Source: Spirochaetota bacterium (GTDB lineage Bacteria > Spirochaetota > Brevinematia > DTOW01). From it: a stretch of DNA of 64,000 nucleotides. Positions 29,590 to 40,176 of the stretch are shown piece by piece (position 1 is the first letter of the stretch; each line of letters begins with the position of its first letter). The position numbers and the translations under genes are program-made. Under the pieces are notes generated by a model. It saw nothing but the letters and a program-made list of their open reading frames with translations. It did not search any database and had not been told where the DNA came from. The stretch covers positions 33,181 to 97,180 of the forward strand of contig JANXAC010000006.1 of the NCBI GenBank assembly GCA_025061835.1. Direction: 5' to 3'.

Positions 29590-30180
29590 ATGAAGGGTAA
29601 GGAAGAGGTTAAAAAAGAATTTAATTTTAACCAGATCAAAGAGGAGATGAAAAAGCATTTTGAAGAAAGCATTAATGTTTATAAAGAAGAACTTAAAAAG
29701 ATAAGGACAGGCAGGGCTTCAACGCTTATAGTTGAGGATATCAAAGTTGATTACTACAATAGTCTAACCCCAATCAAGCAACTTGCTACAATATCTGTAA
29801 GTGATGCTTCAACTGTTGTTATCTCTCCTTGGGATAAAAGCGTTGTCAAAGCTATTGAGAAATCTCTGATGACATCAAATCTAGGATTGAGCATAAGCGT
29901 TGATGGCAACAACATAAGAGTTCATTTTCCACCTCTAACAGAAGAGAGGAAAAAAGAGATTATAAAGTATTTACACACCAAGTCAGAGGAAGCGAAAGTA
30001 GCAATAAGAAATGTAAGACATAAGTATCTTAAGATTGTGAGAGAGTCAAAAGATAGTGCGCATATCAGTGAAGACCTTGAAAAAAGATACGAACAAGAAA
30101 TTGACAAAATAACCCACGAGTATATTGAAAAGATTGATAGTTTGACAAAAAGTAAAGAAAAAGAAATAATGGAAGTTTAG
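29590..30180 (+). CDS. frr: ribosome recycling factor
   Basis: IRTGRA, PPLTEERKK and KVAIRNVR motifs. Confidence 0.97.
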   Translation: MKGKEEVKKEFNFNQIKEEMKKHFEESINVYKEELKKIRTGRASTLIVEDIKVDYYNSLTPIKQLATISVSDASTVVISPWDKSVVKAIEKSLMTSNLGLSISVDGNNIRVHFPPLTEERKKEIIKYLHTKSEEAKVAIRNVRHKYLKIVRESKDSAHISEDLEKRYEQEIDKITHEYIEKIDSLTKSKEKEIMEV

Positions 30181-30181
30181 G

Positions 30182-30916
30182 ATGAACTTTAAAGAAATTA
30201 TTGAAAAGATTGATAAGAATAAGCTTCCAAAGCATATCGGTATAATAATGGATGGGAACGGAAGATGGGCTAGAATTAGAGGACTACCAAGAGTTGAGGG
30301 ACACAAAGAAGGCTTAAAAGCACTAGAAAACCTACTTGAATTCAATAGATATTTGAGAGTAGAATACATAACTGTTTATGCGTTTTCAAAGGAAAACTGG
30401 CATAGAGACAAGGATGAAGTTGATTTTCTTATGTCAATGGCTCTAAAGGTTTTGAGAGATAAGATAGATGAGTTTAAGAGCAAAGGCATAAGGTTCATAC
30501 ATATAGGAGATACTGAAGGTATATCCCCTGAACTTGTTGAAATGATAAAAATTCTCGAAGATGCTACAAAGGGTGGTGACCTATACACATTGTGTGCTGC
30601 TTTTAACTACAGTGGTAGATATGAAATACTAAATGCTTTTAGAAGAATGATTACTGATTTTAGAGATGGTAAGATTGATGAAAATAGCATAAACGAGAGT
30701 ATAATATCAAACTATATCTACCATCCCGAGATACCTGACATTGACCTCGTTATAAGGACAAGCGGTGAGCAGAGGATAAGTAATTTCATGCTATGGAGAG
30801 TTGCATATTCTGAGTTATACTTCACTGATGTTCTTTGGCCAGACTTTACACCAGATCACTTCGTTAAAGCAATAATAGATTACCAGTCAAGAGAGAGAAG
30901 ATTTGGTAGAGTCTAG
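30182..30916 (+). CDS. uppS: undecaprenyl diphosphate synthase
   Basis: HIGIIMDGNGRWA, AFSKENW and RTSGEQRISNFMLW motifs. Confidence 0.97.
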   Translation: MNFKEIIEKIDKNKLPKHIGIIMDGNGRWARIRGLPRVEGHKEGLKALENLLEFNRYLRVEYITVYAFSKENWHRDKDEVDFLMSMALKVLRDKIDEFKSKGIRFIHIGDTEGISPELVEMIKILEDATKGGDLYTLCAAFNYSGRYEILNAFRRMITDFRDGKIDENSINESIISNYIYHPEIPDIDLVIRTSGEQRISNFMLWRVAYSELYFTDVLWPDFTPDHFVKAIIDYQSRERRFGRV

Positions 30917-30925
30917 AGGTTTGAT

Positions 30926-31531
30926 ATGGGTAGAAGACCACTTATCCCAAGAATACCAAAAAGGTTTATAATAGGAATAACAGGTAAGATGATGTCAGGT
31001 AAGGATACTGTATGCAAAATCCTACAAGATAGGGGTTTTAAGATTATTGATGCTGACAAGATAGGGCATAAAACTCTTGAGATAAGGAAGGAAGAGATAC
31101 TCAAGATGGTTGATAGAAACATTCTTGATGACAATGGAAGTATTGACAGAAAGAAGTTAGCAAATATAGTTTTCTCTGATCCTATGAAATTACAGATACT
31201 CAACAAACTTACGCACGGAACTATAAAAGAACTCATTAGGCTTGAGATAGAAAAGGACGGCTTTTACTGTATAAATGCCGCTCTACTTTTTGAGATAGGG
31301 TTAGATGAGTTTTGTAATCTAGTTGTTTATGTTGAAGCATCGGAGGATAATATAATCGCTAGATCAACAAGTAGAGGCTTTGATCCAGAAGATGTTAGGA
31401 GAAGAATAAAGTTCCAAAAAGCGCTTGAGGAAGTAAATGATATGGTAGATATAATTATCTACAACAACGGAACACTTGAAGAACTTAGGAATGAAGTTGA
31501 AGAAAAAATATTCTCAATAGTCAAGGTTTAA
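30926..31531 (+). CDS. coaE: dephospho-CoA kinase
   Basis: IGITGKMMSGKDT, IDADKIGH, IDRKKL and LLFE motifs. Confidence 0.92.
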   Translation: MGRRPLIPRIPKRFIIGITGKMMSGKDTVCKILQDRGFKIIDADKIGHKTLEIRKEEILKMVDRNILDDNGSIDRKKLANIVFSDPMKLQILNKLTHGTIKELIRLEIEKDGFYCINAALLFEIGLDEFCNLVVYVEASEDNIIARSTSRGFDPEDVRRRIKFQKALEEVNDMVDIIIYNNGTLEELRNEVEEKIFSIVKV

Positions 31532-31537
31532 TATTCA

Positions 31538-32293
31538 TTGTCTTTATCAATCAATAAAGAGTTTATGAAAGAGTCAAGAAATCTAAATGATGATCTCAAA
31601 AAGTTGATAAACAATTTTGAGTATGTTGTTGGAGTGGATGAGGTTGGTAGGGGATGTATCGCTGGTCCTTTGGTTGTATGCGCAGTAGTTGTTAAACCTT
31701 CAACATATATAGAAGGAGTCAAAGACTCTAAATTACTCTCGCCCAAACAGAGAGAAAGCCTCTTATCCCTGATCGTTCAGAAAGTTGAAGATATAGGAAT
31801 TGGTTTTTTATCAAACAAGTTCATAGATGATTTTGGAATAGGAATTTCAATTAGAATTGCTATTTTAGAAGCACTCTCAAATCTTAATAGAATACCTAAA
31901 CTCATCATAACCGATTATGTGAATATAAAAAGTGAAACGGTTGAAAATTTTCTTAATAGTTCAAATCTTCCAACTAGCAAACTAAACAGATACAAGGAAA
32001 TATATGGAAGGTTGAAGAAATTTGATTGGGCCACTCTATTCAAGGAACGGGATGATGAATGTATTTTTTACCTTAGTCTTAAGAAAGCAGATGTATTTAT
32101 TCACTCAGTATCAATTGCGTCAGTAGTTGCAAAAGTTTTGAGAGACAGGTATATGAAACACATCTCTAGGAAGTATCCAGAATATCATTTTGATAGAAAC
32201 AAGGGATACGGAACTAGGGAACATATAGAAGCCATTGAAATAAATGGAATATCCGATATTCATCGTTTATCTTTCAAATACTCCAAGTTCTAA
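31538..32293 (+). CDS. rnhB: ribonuclease HII
   Basis: GVDEVGRGCIAGP, DSKLL, ASVVAKV.RD, NKGYGT and HRLSF motifs. Confidence 0.93.
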   Translation: MSLSINKEFMKESRNLNDDLKKLINNFEYVVGVDEVGRGCIAGPLVVCAVVVKPSTYIEGVKDSKLLSPKQRESLLSLIVQKVEDIGIGFLSNKFIDDFGIGISIRIAILEALSNLNRIPKLIITDYVNIKSETVENFLNSSNLPTSKLNRYKEIYGRLKKFDWATLFKERDDECIFYLSLKKADVFIHSVSIASVVAKVLRDRYMKHISRKYPEYHFDRNKGYGTREHIEAIEINGISDIHRLSFKYSKF

Positions 32294-32377
32294 ACCAAAG
32301 AATTTAGCATAACTTCACATCCTGCGTGTAAGAATTTTAGAATTAGTTTAACTATGAGATTCTTTCTATAAAAGGAT

Positions 32378-32556
<179 letters not shown>

Positions 32557-32611
32557 AATGAACTAGGAAAAAGCTTAAAAAATTCATCGTTAATAGAAAG
32601 ATAAATAAGAG

Positions 32612-32630
32612 AAGGGGGGATATCCCCCTT
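32612..32630 (-). terminator. intrinsic terminator of pstS
   Basis: AAGGGGG-GATAT-CCCCCTT hairpin followed by a T-rich tract on the minus strand. Confidence 0.7.
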
Positions 32631-32641
32631 AGATAATGAGA

Positions 32642-33520
32642 TTATAGACCAAGAGATTTTCTTATTTCTTGAACCTTCTTGCTAGGTATAGGATAGAAAC
32701 CAACCTTATCTACGATACCTTGTCCTTCTTTTGAAAGTATCCAAGAGATATAAGCTTTTATCTCAGGTCTGTTAAACTGCTCTTCTGTGAGATAGATGTA
32801 TAGATATCTTGAGATAGGATATAGTCCCTTAACAACATTATCCATAGATGGTTCATAGGCTTTTTCACCAGCCTTTGGAGAAACACTTATAGCCCTAGCA
32901 CCCTTTAAGTATCCTATTCCTCCATAACCTATACCATACTTATCTCTTTTAACTGCATTAAGGACAGAAGCAGTTCCGGGCATGTTTTGAGCTAATGGGT
33001 CAAAGTCCTCATTCTGTAAGACATGCTCCTTAAAGTAAACATAAGTTCCAGAGTTATTCTCTCGGGAGTAGAGTTTTATAACCTTGTTATCCCAACCAAG
33101 TTCTGACCAGTTCTTAATCTTACCAGTGAATATCAGTTTTATAGTTTCCATATCTAGTTCCTTTATTGGGTTAGCAGAGTTGACATAGACTGCTAGACCA
33201 TCAAGAGCAACTGGAACCTCTATTAGCTTAGCACCTGCACCTTCGATCTGTTGCTTCTCCTTATCTTTTATAGGTCTTGAAGAGTTTGCAATGTCGGTAG
33301 TTTTGTTTATCAGTGCTGCTATACCAGTTCCTGACCCACCTCCGGTAACCTGTATTACCACATCCTTATTCTTCTTCATATACACTTCTGCCCATCTCTG
33401 CCCAAGGATCACCATCGTATCTGATCCTTTGACAGTTATTGTTTTGCTTTGAGCAAGAGCAACCGGCGAAGTTGCAACAGTCAACGCAACTAACATTGAG
33501 ATAATCTTAAAAATCTTCAT
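32642..33520 (-). CDS. pstS: phosphate ABC transporter substrate-binding protein
   Basis: KGSDTM, GGGSGTG, DIANSSR, SRENNSGT and YPISRYLY motifs. Confidence 0.93.
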   Translation of the reverse strand: MKIFKIISMLVALTVATSPVALAQSKTITVKGSDTMVILGQRWAEVYMKKNKDVVIQVTGGGSGTGIAALINKTTDIANSSRPIKDKEKQQIEGAGAKLIEVPVALDGLAVYVNSANPIKELDMETIKLIFTGKIKNWSELGWDNKVIKLYSRENNSGTYVYFKEHVLQNEDFDPLAQNMPGTASVLNAVKRDKYGIGYGGIGYLKGARAISVSPKAGEKAYEPSMDNVVKGLYPISRYLYIYLTEEQFNRPEIKAYISWILSKEGQGIVDKVGFYPIPSKKVQEIRKSLGL

Positions 33521-33550
33521 ACTTATCCTCCTTAAAAGATTTTCCTAAAT

Positions 33551-33602
33551 TGTAAAGACATTATGTAAAGTGAATGTAAAATTACTTTCACTACATTGTA
33601 AA
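33551..33602 (-). promoter_or_regulatory. Pho-box-like TTTACA direct repeats upstream of pstS
   Basis: TGTAAA on the + strand at 33551, 33564, 33575 and 33597; the last three are in 11-bp register. Confidence 0.65.
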
Positions 33603-33679
33603 ACACTGAAACATCAATTCTAAACATTAAGATTGTAAATTTATTCCGAAGATTATATAAGATACTTTAAGAGGCAGTT

Positions 33680-34747
33680 ATGAGAAAGACCATTATATAC
33701 AGTATTCTAGGACTAGTATTCGCAGGCTTAATTATCGCAAGTTTCTTAATATACAACGCTTACCGAGAAAACAACCAATACAATACTATCAGGAATAGGT
33801 TTGAGTTTGAACTGTATGAAGATGTTGTAAGAGACGGAACTAAATTTCTAGCAGATTATCCTAGAAGTAAGTATTATTATGAGGTTGAGTATTTTGTAGC
33901 ATACAGTAGTTTCATGGTAGGAAGGTCAGAAAGTGCCAAAAGAAGAGTTATGAATCTAATATCAAAGTTTTTTAGCGAAAACAGAAACGATGAGATACTG
34001 ACCAAAACGATAGAGTTATTGATTGACATATTGAAAGAAAGGAATGAAAGTATGAATCCAGAAATTGAGGAATACCTAAGGACTGCCTTGGTTAGAACAA
34101 CGGACCAGAAAGTCAAAGAGAACATCCTAACTCAACTCGGATATATATACCTATACAGAAAAGATTATGACAATGCACTAATGTATTTTGAAAGGGCTAA
34201 TAATGAATACTCTCAACTTGGCAAAGCCAGAGTCTATATTGACAAAGGTGACTACGAGTCTGCCTTTTATGTGTATGACAACTTCCTTAAGTATAATCCT
34301 AACAGCAAATATTACAAGTCAGTATATGATGCTTATGCTAAGCAGTTGTATGGATATGCTTCTAGACTGTTGAGGGACAAGGAATACTCAACTGCAGTCA
34401 GATATTACGAGAGAGTTCTACAGACTTTCCCAAACACTATCTACGAAGATGCAAGTCTTTACTGGCTCGGCGAGATATTTGCCATAAACAAACAGTATGA
34501 TAAGGCTATTGAATTCTTTAACAGAGCGATGGTCAATGAACCAAAGAATAAGGATGAGGATGCTTTGTTTAAGAGAGGAGTTGTTCTATACTATGCCGGT
34601 AGGTTGGTAGATTCTGTTGCTAATTTCAAAAAATTCATTCTTGAATATCCTAACTCAAGGCTTGCAAATGAAGCAAAGAGATGGGTTGAAGTTCTAACAA
34701 GAGAGATACAATATTCCTACGAAACTGAGGATGAAGTTCCTGAATAA
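33680..34747 (+). CDS. membrane-anchored TPR protein (BamD/CpoB-like repeats)
   Basis: N-terminal TM helix; repeated F...YP.S TPR pairs. Confidence 0.8.
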   Translation: MRKTIIYSILGLVFAGLIIASFLIYNAYRENNQYNTIRNRFEFELYEDVVRDGTKFLADYPRSKYYYEVEYFVAYSSFMVGRSESAKRRVMNLISKFFSENRNDEILTKTIELLIDILKERNESMNPEIEEYLRTALVRTTDQKVKENILTQLGYIYLYRKDYDNALMYFERANNEYSQLGKARVYIDKGDYESAFYVYDNFLKYNPNSKYYKSVYDAYAKQLYGYASRLLRDKEYSTAVRYYERVLQTFPNTIYEDASLYWLGEIFAINKQYDKAIEFFNRAMVNEPKNKDEDALFKRGVVLYYAGRLVDSVANFKKFILEYPNSRLANEAKRWVEVLTREIQYSYETEDEVPE

Positions 34748-36446
34748 CCTAAGACTTTCAGAACATTTGAAATCTAAAATTAGGTCGTTAGGCTCCCTTA
34801 AAAAACTAGAGTTCATAACATCAAAGTCTGGTGATAAAACCATCAGAAAGAATGGTATTTTAATCCATAGTGCCTATGATCCTGTCAGAGAAGCAGAAAA
34901 TCTTGTAAAACAGTTACCTTTAGAAAAAGGTAATAGATATATATTCGTTCTTCTAGGATTAGGTCTAGGCTATCATCTAGAGATCTTGAAAAGAGAATTT
35001 CCTGAATCTGTTTTCATTCCAGTAGAACTGGATGAAGATATTTTAGTTGCGTTTATACAGAACAGGGACGATTTTGTAATTACTAGGTATAACAAGAATG
35101 ACATATACTCTGTTTTGAACTTCGTTGATTTTGCTCTGATAAAGGATGTTAAGTTTATACAACTTCCAAGTCTGTATAGAATATACAGATCCGAATACGA
35201 TGAAATCGGTAACGAGATAGCAAGAGTTGTAAAGGCAAAGTTTGCAGACTTACTAACAAGAATAAACTTTGATAAACTTTGGGTAAAGAATGTGCTTCTC
35301 AACATTCCGAGTATCTTAAAATACGGAAGTTTGTCAGAAGATACTCAAAGAGAATTCATTCTTGGAGTAAGAGACAAACCTTTTGTGATTGTTGGAGCAG
35401 GATATTCAGGTTTGCTTCTGTTTGACATAATCAAGAAGTATAGAGACAGATTTATTTTGTGTGCCGTTGATACGGTTTTGAAGTCTCTCTTGAGTTTTGG
35501 TATCACACCTGACATTATCTTTGCGCTTGACTCGCAGATAGCGAATATAAAAGACTTTTTTGGTATTAAAACAGAAGGTCTCACTCTATTTGCAGATGTA
35601 GTTGTCTCACCAGAACTTGTAAGAAACTTTAGGGGTAGAGTTCTTATAACAAAAACTTCTCACACAGAAGTGATAGGAGGAATTAAATTTGAGATCACGA
35701 ACAGTGTAGTATCTTGGGTTGAGGAAATTTTGGGATACAGACTTTTAGGGCTTGAGAGTGGTGGATCGGTTATAACAAACTTGTTTCATCTATCACTCCT
35801 TCTAGGTGCAAATCCTATCATAATGATTGGTGTAGATTTAGGATTTCCATACCTTGTGTCTCACATTGTAGGAACACCTTCAAATGAACACTTCATTCTC
35901 AAAGGCAATGTATTCTCTACATCAGATACCATCTCTACGAATTATGTTTTGAAGGATTATATTAAAGCTGAAAGTGTGAACGGTGGGGAATGTATAACAC
36001 ACAAGATAATGGAGACATACAAACTCTGGTTTGATAGCGCTAGCGATACTTCAAACTTAAACAATGTCTATAATATATCAGACGGAGTCAAACTAAAGGG
36101 CATAAACAGTCTATCAACTAGTGATGGGAGAGAGTTTTTTGATTCGTTTTTTTCAAACAAACCTAGCATCTCAATAAAAACCATTGAACCAAAGAGTATA
36201 GACATTGATACTAGAAGAATTCTGAAGAATTTTAGCATTCTTAGTGAAGATTTGGAGTTTTTAATCAAAGACTTTTCGCAGGATAAGTTTAACCAAATGA
36301 TACGTCAGTATCCTTTTTTGTCAAATGTCGTCAGCAAGACACTCTTCCCAGTTTATAGGGGCCAGAAAAGTTTTGAAGATGTTGTTGATGAAATAAAGAA
36401 AGATTTTGGTTATTTAGTCAACATTTTGAAAAACCTTCATCTATAA
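34731..36446 (+). CDS. motility-associated factor (Maf/DUF115) family protein, putative flagellin glycosyltransferase
   Basis: IHSAYDPVREA, LGLGLGYH, VGAG.S, CAVDT, GGSV and GVDLGF motifs. Confidence 0.8.
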   Translation: MKFLNNLRLSEHLKSKIRSLGSLKKLEFITSKSGDKTIRKNGILIHSAYDPVREAENLVKQLPLEKGNRYIFVLLGLGLGYHLEILKREFPESVFIPVELDEDILVAFIQNRDDFVITRYNKNDIYSVLNFVDFALIKDVKFIQLPSLYRIYRSEYDEIGNEIARVVKAKFADLLTRINFDKLWVKNVLLNIPSILKYGSLSEDTQREFILGVRDKPFVIVGAGYSGLLLFDIIKKYRDRFILCAVDTVLKSLLSFGITPDIIFALDSQIANIKDFFGIKTEGLTLFADVVVSPELVRNFRGRVLITKTSHTEVIGGIKFEITNSVVSWVEEILGYRLLGLESGGSVITNLFHLSLLLGANPIIMIGVDLGFPYLVSHIVGTPSNEHFILKGNVFSTSDTISTNYVLKDYIKAESVNGGECITHKIMETYKLWFDSASDTSNLNNVYNISDGVKLKGINSLSTSDGREFFDSFFSNKPSISIKTIEPKSIDIDTRRILKNFSILSEDLEFLIKDFSQDKFNQMIRQYPFLSNVVSKTLFPVYRGQKSFEDVVDEIKKDFGYLVNILKNLHL

Positions 36447-36521
36447 ACTCTAGGAGTAGTTTGTATACTTAAGAGGTCAAAAAAAGTGGAATTTTATTTT
36501 CGTTATAGTTATACTAATCTT

Positions 36522-38468
36522 ATGGATTTAAAGAAGATAGTATCTTTGCTTGATGAAATAGACGATACAGATTCAAGTGAAGAAATTGAGATTGTTGCTT
36601 TCAGCATAAAGGAAGCCTTAGAGATTGCAAGTAGGGAATTCAATACTGAAATGTACAATTTAGAGTATGAAATTATAGAGAGTGGCAGCAGTGGATTTTT
36701 TGGGATAGGTAGAAAACCATATAGAGTTTTAGTTAGGAAGACAACTAGTCTCTCTAGTTCTTATGAGTCCGAAGTCCATACCGATGAAATATTAGGTATA
36801 GATGGGAAATTTTTTATCGCTCATACGCATGAAGGTGTGTTCGTTAAGGTAATTCCACCACAAGGTAAGGGTAAGTTTGTCAGTTTTGATGAGATAGTAG
36901 ATGAGTTAAGAAGCAGAGGATTCTCAAATTTTGATGAAGGCAAGATAAAGAAGGAAGTCCAATCCCCAACTGGTGTTCCTATCCTTGTTGGACCACCTGT
37001 TGCCACTGATCCATCAGAAGACAGTAATCCTCACATAGAGGTTCTACCAGACGAAACTAGAGCATTACTTACATTGTCAAAGCCTTCTAACAGAGGTAAA
37101 GTTCCATCTCCTGATGAGATACTAAAACTTCTCAATATTCAAGGTGTAGTTCACGGTATAGTTAGAGAAAACATTGAAAAGGCCGTTTATGAGGGCATTT
37201 TTGATGTTCCTGTTGAGGTGGCAATTTGGACTGCTCCTGAACCTGGCAAAGATGCTAAGATAAACTACTACGTAAAGTTAGATAAATCATCAAGTATCTC
37301 TAAGATTTCTATGGCAGAGAGTTTTGATTTTCATAAGGTTATGGAAATAGAGAATGTTGTAAAGGGCCAAGTCCTTGCTTCAAAGGAACCCGCAACGAAA
37401 GGTAAACCGGGGATGACCATAAAAGGTAAAGTAATACCAGTTCCTGATGGTAAAGATGTTTCTCTCCAATCAATAGCAGGTAAAGGTGTAGAAATATCTC
37501 CTGATGGACTGGAGCTGATAGCCAAGGAACAAGGGCAAGTTGTATTCAAGCAAGGTAAGATTAATATTGAGCCTATTCTGGAGATATTAGGTGATGTTAC
37601 TACAGAAACTGGAGATGTAGATTTTGTTGGTAATGTTATAATAAGAGGGAGTGTAAGAGATACCTATAAAGTCAAAGCTGGTGGTAATGTTGATATATGG
37701 GGAACAGTTGAAAAAGCAGAGATAATAGCAGACGGTAATGTAATAGTGAGGACTGGCATACAAGGCAAGGAGGCAGGTAAGGTTGTCGCAGGAGGAGATG
37801 TGATATCAAAGTTTATAGAGCGTGCTAATGTCAGAGCGGGAGGTAATGTAATAGCTCTTGAATATATACTACACAGCAACATAGTCTCAAAGTCAAGAGT
37901 ATTCTGCTTCGGTAGGAAAGCAAGTATAGCCGGTGGTAGTGTAAAGGCACTTTACGAGGTAGCAGCTAAGCAGTTAGGTGCAGAGTCTTGGGTTGAAACA
38001 TCTATTGAGGTTGGTTCCGACCCAGACATACAAGAAGAACACGATGAGCTTGTAAGAAGAAAAGAATTATTGACATCCAAGGTCACTGATATAAAAAAGG
38101 AGCTATTGGTATTTCAGCAGATGATCCAGAATTACGGTAGAGTTCCTCAAGACAAAGAAGAACGTTATAATACTTTGAATAACACTCTGAAAGAATATTC
38201 TCAAGAACTGGAAGAGATAGAAAGAAGACTAAAGGAAATAAGAGAACAATTAGATCAAGCAGTTGTTGAAGCAAAAGTTAGTGCGTATGGTATTTGCTAT
38301 CCAAATGTCAAGATAAAAATAAGAGATGCTATACATCATTGTAAGGATGACTACAAATTTGTTACATTCAAGAGAGAAGGAAGATCCATAATAATAGTTC
38401 CTTACGAAGAGTCTCAGGATATGAGAGATAAGAAGAAAGAAATAACAGAACGTGCGAGGAAATTGTAG
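36522..38468 (+). CDS. FapA (DUF342) family protein with N-terminal Jag-N-like domain
   Basis: EALEIA...LEYEIIESGSSGFFGIGRKP; GDV..ETGDVDFVGNVII.G.V beta-helix; coiled coil. Confidence 0.85.
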   Translation: MDLKKIVSLLDEIDDTDSSEEIEIVAFSIKEALEIASREFNTEMYNLEYEIIESGSSGFFGIGRKPYRVLVRKTTSLSSSYESEVHTDEILGIDGKFFIAHTHEGVFVKVIPPQGKGKFVSFDEIVDELRSRGFSNFDEGKIKKEVQSPTGVPILVGPPVATDPSEDSNPHIEVLPDETRALLTLSKPSNRGKVPSPDEILKLLNIQGVVHGIVRENIEKAVYEGIFDVPVEVAIWTAPEPGKDAKINYYVKLDKSSSISKISMAESFDFHKVMEIENVVKGQVLASKEPATKGKPGMTIKGKVIPVPDGKDVSLQSIAGKGVEISPDGLELIAKEQGQVVFKQGKINIEPILEILGDVTTETGDVDFVGNVIIRGSVRDTYKVKAGGNVDIWGTVEKAEIIADGNVIVRTGIQGKEAGKVVAGGDVISKFIERANVRAGGNVIALEYILHSNIVSKSRVFCFGRKASIAGGSVKALYEVAAKQLGAESWVETSIEVGSDPDIQEEHDELVRRKELLTSKVTDIKKELLVFQQMIQNYGRVPQDKEERYNTLNNTLKEYSQELEEIERRLKEIREQLDQAVVEAKVSAYGICYPNVKIKIRDAIHHCKDDYKFVTFKREGRSIIIVPYEESQDMRDKKKEITERARKL

Positions 38469-38471
38469 ATA

Positions 38472-38924
38472 TCACCTATACGAGATTATCTTCCACTCAT
38501 TACCAAACTTCTTGAATAAATAACTGGTTTCTCTCCTAACATCCACAGTTTCTACATCCTTACCTCTAGGGACACTCCTCTTATAGTCCCACTCAACAAT
38601 AGCTAACGCTAGGTTCTCATCCTTGTATATTTTAACTTCCTTAATAGTTGGATTACGAAGAAGATCTATCTCTTTCTTTATCATTCCGTATCTTTGAGGA
38701 TTTTGAACCTCAAGAATTATACGCTGAAAATCTCTCTTAGCCTTACCTTCAGACATAGGTAGTATCTTCTCAAACTCCATCTTAGTATAACTATCCAAAA
38801 TGACTCTCAACAATTGAGACACCTTGTATACATCTTCTTTTGCAAAATCTTCACTGAAACCTGAGAAGAATAGAATAATAAAGAAAACTATAGCAAATAC
38901 TACTCTTGTTAATGTTCTACTCAT
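38472..38924 (-). CDS. exported hypothetical protein (NTF2-like)
   Basis: Signal peptide; C-terminal YLFKK.GNEWKI. Confidence 0.65.
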   Translation of the reverse strand: MSRTLTRVVFAIVFFIILFFSGFSEDFAKEDVYKVSQLLRVILDSYTKMEFEKILPMSEGKAKRDFQRIILEVQNPQRYGMIKKEIDLLRNPTIKEVKIYKDENLALAIVEWDYKRSVPRGKDVETVDVRRETSYLFKKFGNEWKIISYR

Positions 38925-39348
38925 CCTTACCTAACCTCCTGCTTATAATCTCATCAACTTCAGAATATTCTTCCTTCATAAGTCCCTTAGAATAATCATC
39001 ATAGGCCTTATCCTTAAGTTTTTGAATGACTTTCACCTCGCTATCTTTCTTGAGATACTTTGACATCGCTTCTCTGAAAGGAACTTCCTTTCTCCTAACA
39101 TCCTCGCTCTGATATTTCTGCATCCTCTCATTAAGGATTATATACCTTTCTACAAACTGTCTATTCTCTAGGCTAGGGTTCTTCTTCATATCCTCAATCG
39201 CATTTCTTTTTTCATCTTTCAACTTATTGGCTTTTGCTACTTCAATGTTATACTCACTTGCCTTTCTGGCAAGGTTTTGTCTTTCAATATCTCTTTGTTT
39301 TTGCTTTATTTCAAGAACCCTCTGAAGTCTAAAACTAAATCTTTTCAT
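38917..39348 (-). CDS. fliJ: flagellar export protein FliJ
   Basis: MKRFSFRLQRVLEIK start, coiled coil, KLKDK...E..EVDE. Confidence 0.88.
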   Translation of the reverse strand: MKRFSFRLQRVLEIKQKQRDIERQNLARKASEYNIEVAKANKLKDEKRNAIEDMKKNPSLENRQFVERYIILNERMQKYQSEDVRRKEVPFREAMSKYLKKDSEVKVIQKLKDKAYDDYSKGLMKEEYSEVDEIISRRLGKDE

Positions 39349-39375
39349 ATTGTATAAATAATTTCGTCAATACTT

Positions 39376-40002
39376 TCATTGATTTAATACATCCCTTAAC
39401 TTTGATATTATTTGACTTATCCTATCTCGTTTTAGGTAGAAAGCCTTTTTGTTGGCTATTAGTCTTGAAGTAGACTCAAATATTTCGTCAATTACGACAA
39501 GTTCATTCTCCCTTAATGTTGTTCCTGTGGATGTTATATCAACTATGAATTCACTCAATCCTGTTATAGGTCCAAGTTCAACAGAACCATATAACTCAAT
39601 TATTTTGGGTTCAATTTCCTTTGCTCGGAAATAGGATCTTGTTATATTAGGTAGTTTCGTCGCTACCTTGATGGAGGGAGACACTAGTTCCTTTTTCTCC
39701 TTTCCAGCAAGTACAATCTTACAATAACCAAACTTTAGGTCCAGAAGCGAAAAAACTTCAGGGTCATACTCAACCAAAAGGTCATAACCTACCACTCCTA
39801 GGTCAGATATGCCTTCAACCGTGTATGTTATAACATCTTTCGCTCTTACTAGTAAAAATTTAATCTTTGCACCTAAATCGGAAACCAAAAGTTTTCTAGA
39901 GTCGTCTTTCAATTTCTCTTTTAGTATTCCAGCTCTAGCAAGGATGTCAACTGTATCTTCAAAGAGCCTTCCCTTTGGAACAGATATCACTATTGTATCC
40001 AT
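39376..40002 (-). CDS. hisG: ATP phosphoribosyltransferase, short form
   Basis: PKGRL, VATKLP, GSVELGP..GL and DITSTGTTLREN motifs. Confidence 0.95.
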   Translation of the reverse strand: MDTIVISVPKGRLFEDTVDILARAGILKEKLKDDSRKLLVSDLGAKIKFLLVRAKDVITYTVEGISDLGVVGYDLLVEYDPEVFSLLDLKFGYCKIVLAGKEKKELVSPSIKVATKLPNITRSYFRAKEIEPKIIELYGSVELGPITGLSEFIVDITSTGTTLRENELVVIDEIFESTSRLIANKKAFYLKRDRISQIISKLRDVLNQ

Positions 40003-40176
40003 ACTGTAATTATCAATCAATCATTAAATACCTATCAAAAACCTAGAATTCTTAATAATGAAATTCAAATTCCATTAGTATTCACAAGCATTACATACAT
40101 TTTTTGAACACCTTCTAGTTATATTGAAAGTCTCATACCATAAATTTACTATATTAGAAGGTTTATAGGTGAGTCT

